Below, piece by piece: positions 62,741 to 64,000 of a stretch of 64,000 bases of DNA (positions are counted from its first letter, which is position 1; each line of letters starts with the position of its first letter). Made by a program: the position numbers and the translations under genes. The stretch is from Hemiscyllium ocellatum (taxonomy: Eukaryota): assembly GCF_020745735.1 (NCBI RefSeq), contig NC_083405.1, positions 104,412,135 through 104,476,134 on the forward strand, given 5' to 3'. Below the pieces are notes generated by a model. That model made no database searches and was not told the DNA's origin. It worked only from the letters and a program-made list of their open reading frames with translations.

Positions 62741-64000
62741 GTTTCCTTGTCTCTGTTGAACCTAATGCAATGAGATTTTATTGGGTTTGTGATCAATATT
62801 GAGGATTCCCAGGAAACAAACTAGCACTACTGTATTTCATTATGCCTCCGTATGCAATGAGTCTGCTTTGCCAGGGGACAGGACATATCCAGGATTGGTG
62901 TCTAGCACCTTGTCTGTAAGGCACAATTCTATGAAGAATTCTACCTGTTACAGAATCAATAGTACTGTTCTTACTGTTATTTCAGACAAAATCAATTAAT
63001 TGAAGAGGCAATGCGGTAATTTGTTTTTTCCCCCACAGCTTCAATCTAGCAACCATCCCTCGTCAATGCACAATGCTGTAAGCAATAGAAATAGTATCTG
63101 AAGAATCAAACAACGTTTTCAAAAACGTATGTTTTCTTGGCTTAAATTCTAATTAAAGACAAACCACGTTCGTGGGCAGCAGTAAAACTGAATCCTTAAG
63201 TTTACTGATTCATTTTGGAAGATAGATTCACACTTCTCTAAACACAAGTAAATGTTGAAATTTGAACTAGAATTAATCTTCCTTAACGGACATTAATACA
63301 TAAACAAAACCTTGCTGAACCTTATTTCCTTATTTGTCCATTTGCGAATAAGTAGTATAAATAGGTCGCAGTCCATCATTTTGCACAGCACAAAGCCTAA
63401 AAACGCCTGTTATATCACTTCTTACATATCTACAACACAGTATTTCACAATCTTAAAGAACCAAATGTCCCTAAAACTGTCCAAAGTGTGACCTTTTCTC
63501 CAACTAGTTAAAACTGAGATGATTAATAAAAGGCAGGCAGACGGCCGTCATCTTTTTCAGACAAAAGACGAGGCAAAACAATATACACGCCCTAAGGCCA
63601 CAAAAAAAAAGAGATTGGTATGCAGCATGCTTCAGAACAAACTCCAGTTGTTTAAATGCCACTAAGAACATTCAAGGTTATATATCTGAAGATTCAGATA
63701 GAGAACACAAATCAAAGCTAAAAGAAAACCACTTCTACATGGCAGTAAGTTTTGTGAGTGGGTGAGTGGGGAGGAGAGTGTGTGTAAAGGCTCTCAATCT
63801 GGCCGACAAGAAATGCCCAAATCCTGAAAACCTAAAAAATGTCCACGAAAACAGTTGCCTCCCGAGTTCCAGCAGTTAACTGGACCTCGACAACACTCGG
63901 GAGATTTATTAACCCTGCCCCGTCCCTCCGTGTCTGTGCGTGTGTGAGAAAAAGATATATATTTAAAATAGCTGCATGTTCCCCACCCAAAAATAGGACA

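Larger units (their letters stand above)
23457..64000 (-). other. Probable ITGB1 intron 1 (non-coding exon 1 not identified in the window)
   Basis: The ATG is directly preceded by a polypyrimidine/CAG acceptor; no other host coding exon recognised in 40 kb; CpG frequency rises near the right edge. Confidence 0.7.

Noticed and set aside
252-63000. Most ORFs in the supplied track (60-200 aa)
   Set aside because: They are antisense or off-frame readings of ITGB1 exons, decayed retroelement frames, or random ORFs; no second host gene is supported.
1-64000. CRISPR arrays or other prokaryotic systems
   Set aside because: No regularly spaced repeat-spacer array; the window is spliceosomal-intron-containing vertebrate DNA.

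Overview
Eukaryotic genomic DNA from a cartilaginous fish. The assignment is inferred from HE1-type V-SINEs and shark-type CR1 LINEs. The only host gene is integrin beta-1 (ITGB1) on the minus strand. Thirteen coding exons were mapped by hand from the ATG/signal-peptide exon (23456-23387) to the beta-tail exon (1365-1139); exon numbering follows my recollection of the human gene (ATG exon = exon 2). The TM/cytoplasmic exons lie left of the window, and the >40 kb from 23457 to 64000 looks like intron 1. One intron has a non-canonical GC donor. The introns are packed with CR1 and other LINE fragments, SINEs, Tigger-like MITEs, an RT-less L1 derivative and a solo LTR. The most notable structure is a dense set of Penelope-like element (PLE) insertions, 80 bp to 1.7 kb. 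Many are fold-back palindromes with target-site duplications and minimal hammerhead-ribozyme motifs, and two motifs have intact cores on the ITGB1 pre-mRNA strand. One insertion carries an inverted copy of its own target DNA. Repeat boundaries are read by eye and approximate. No database search or folding program was run.
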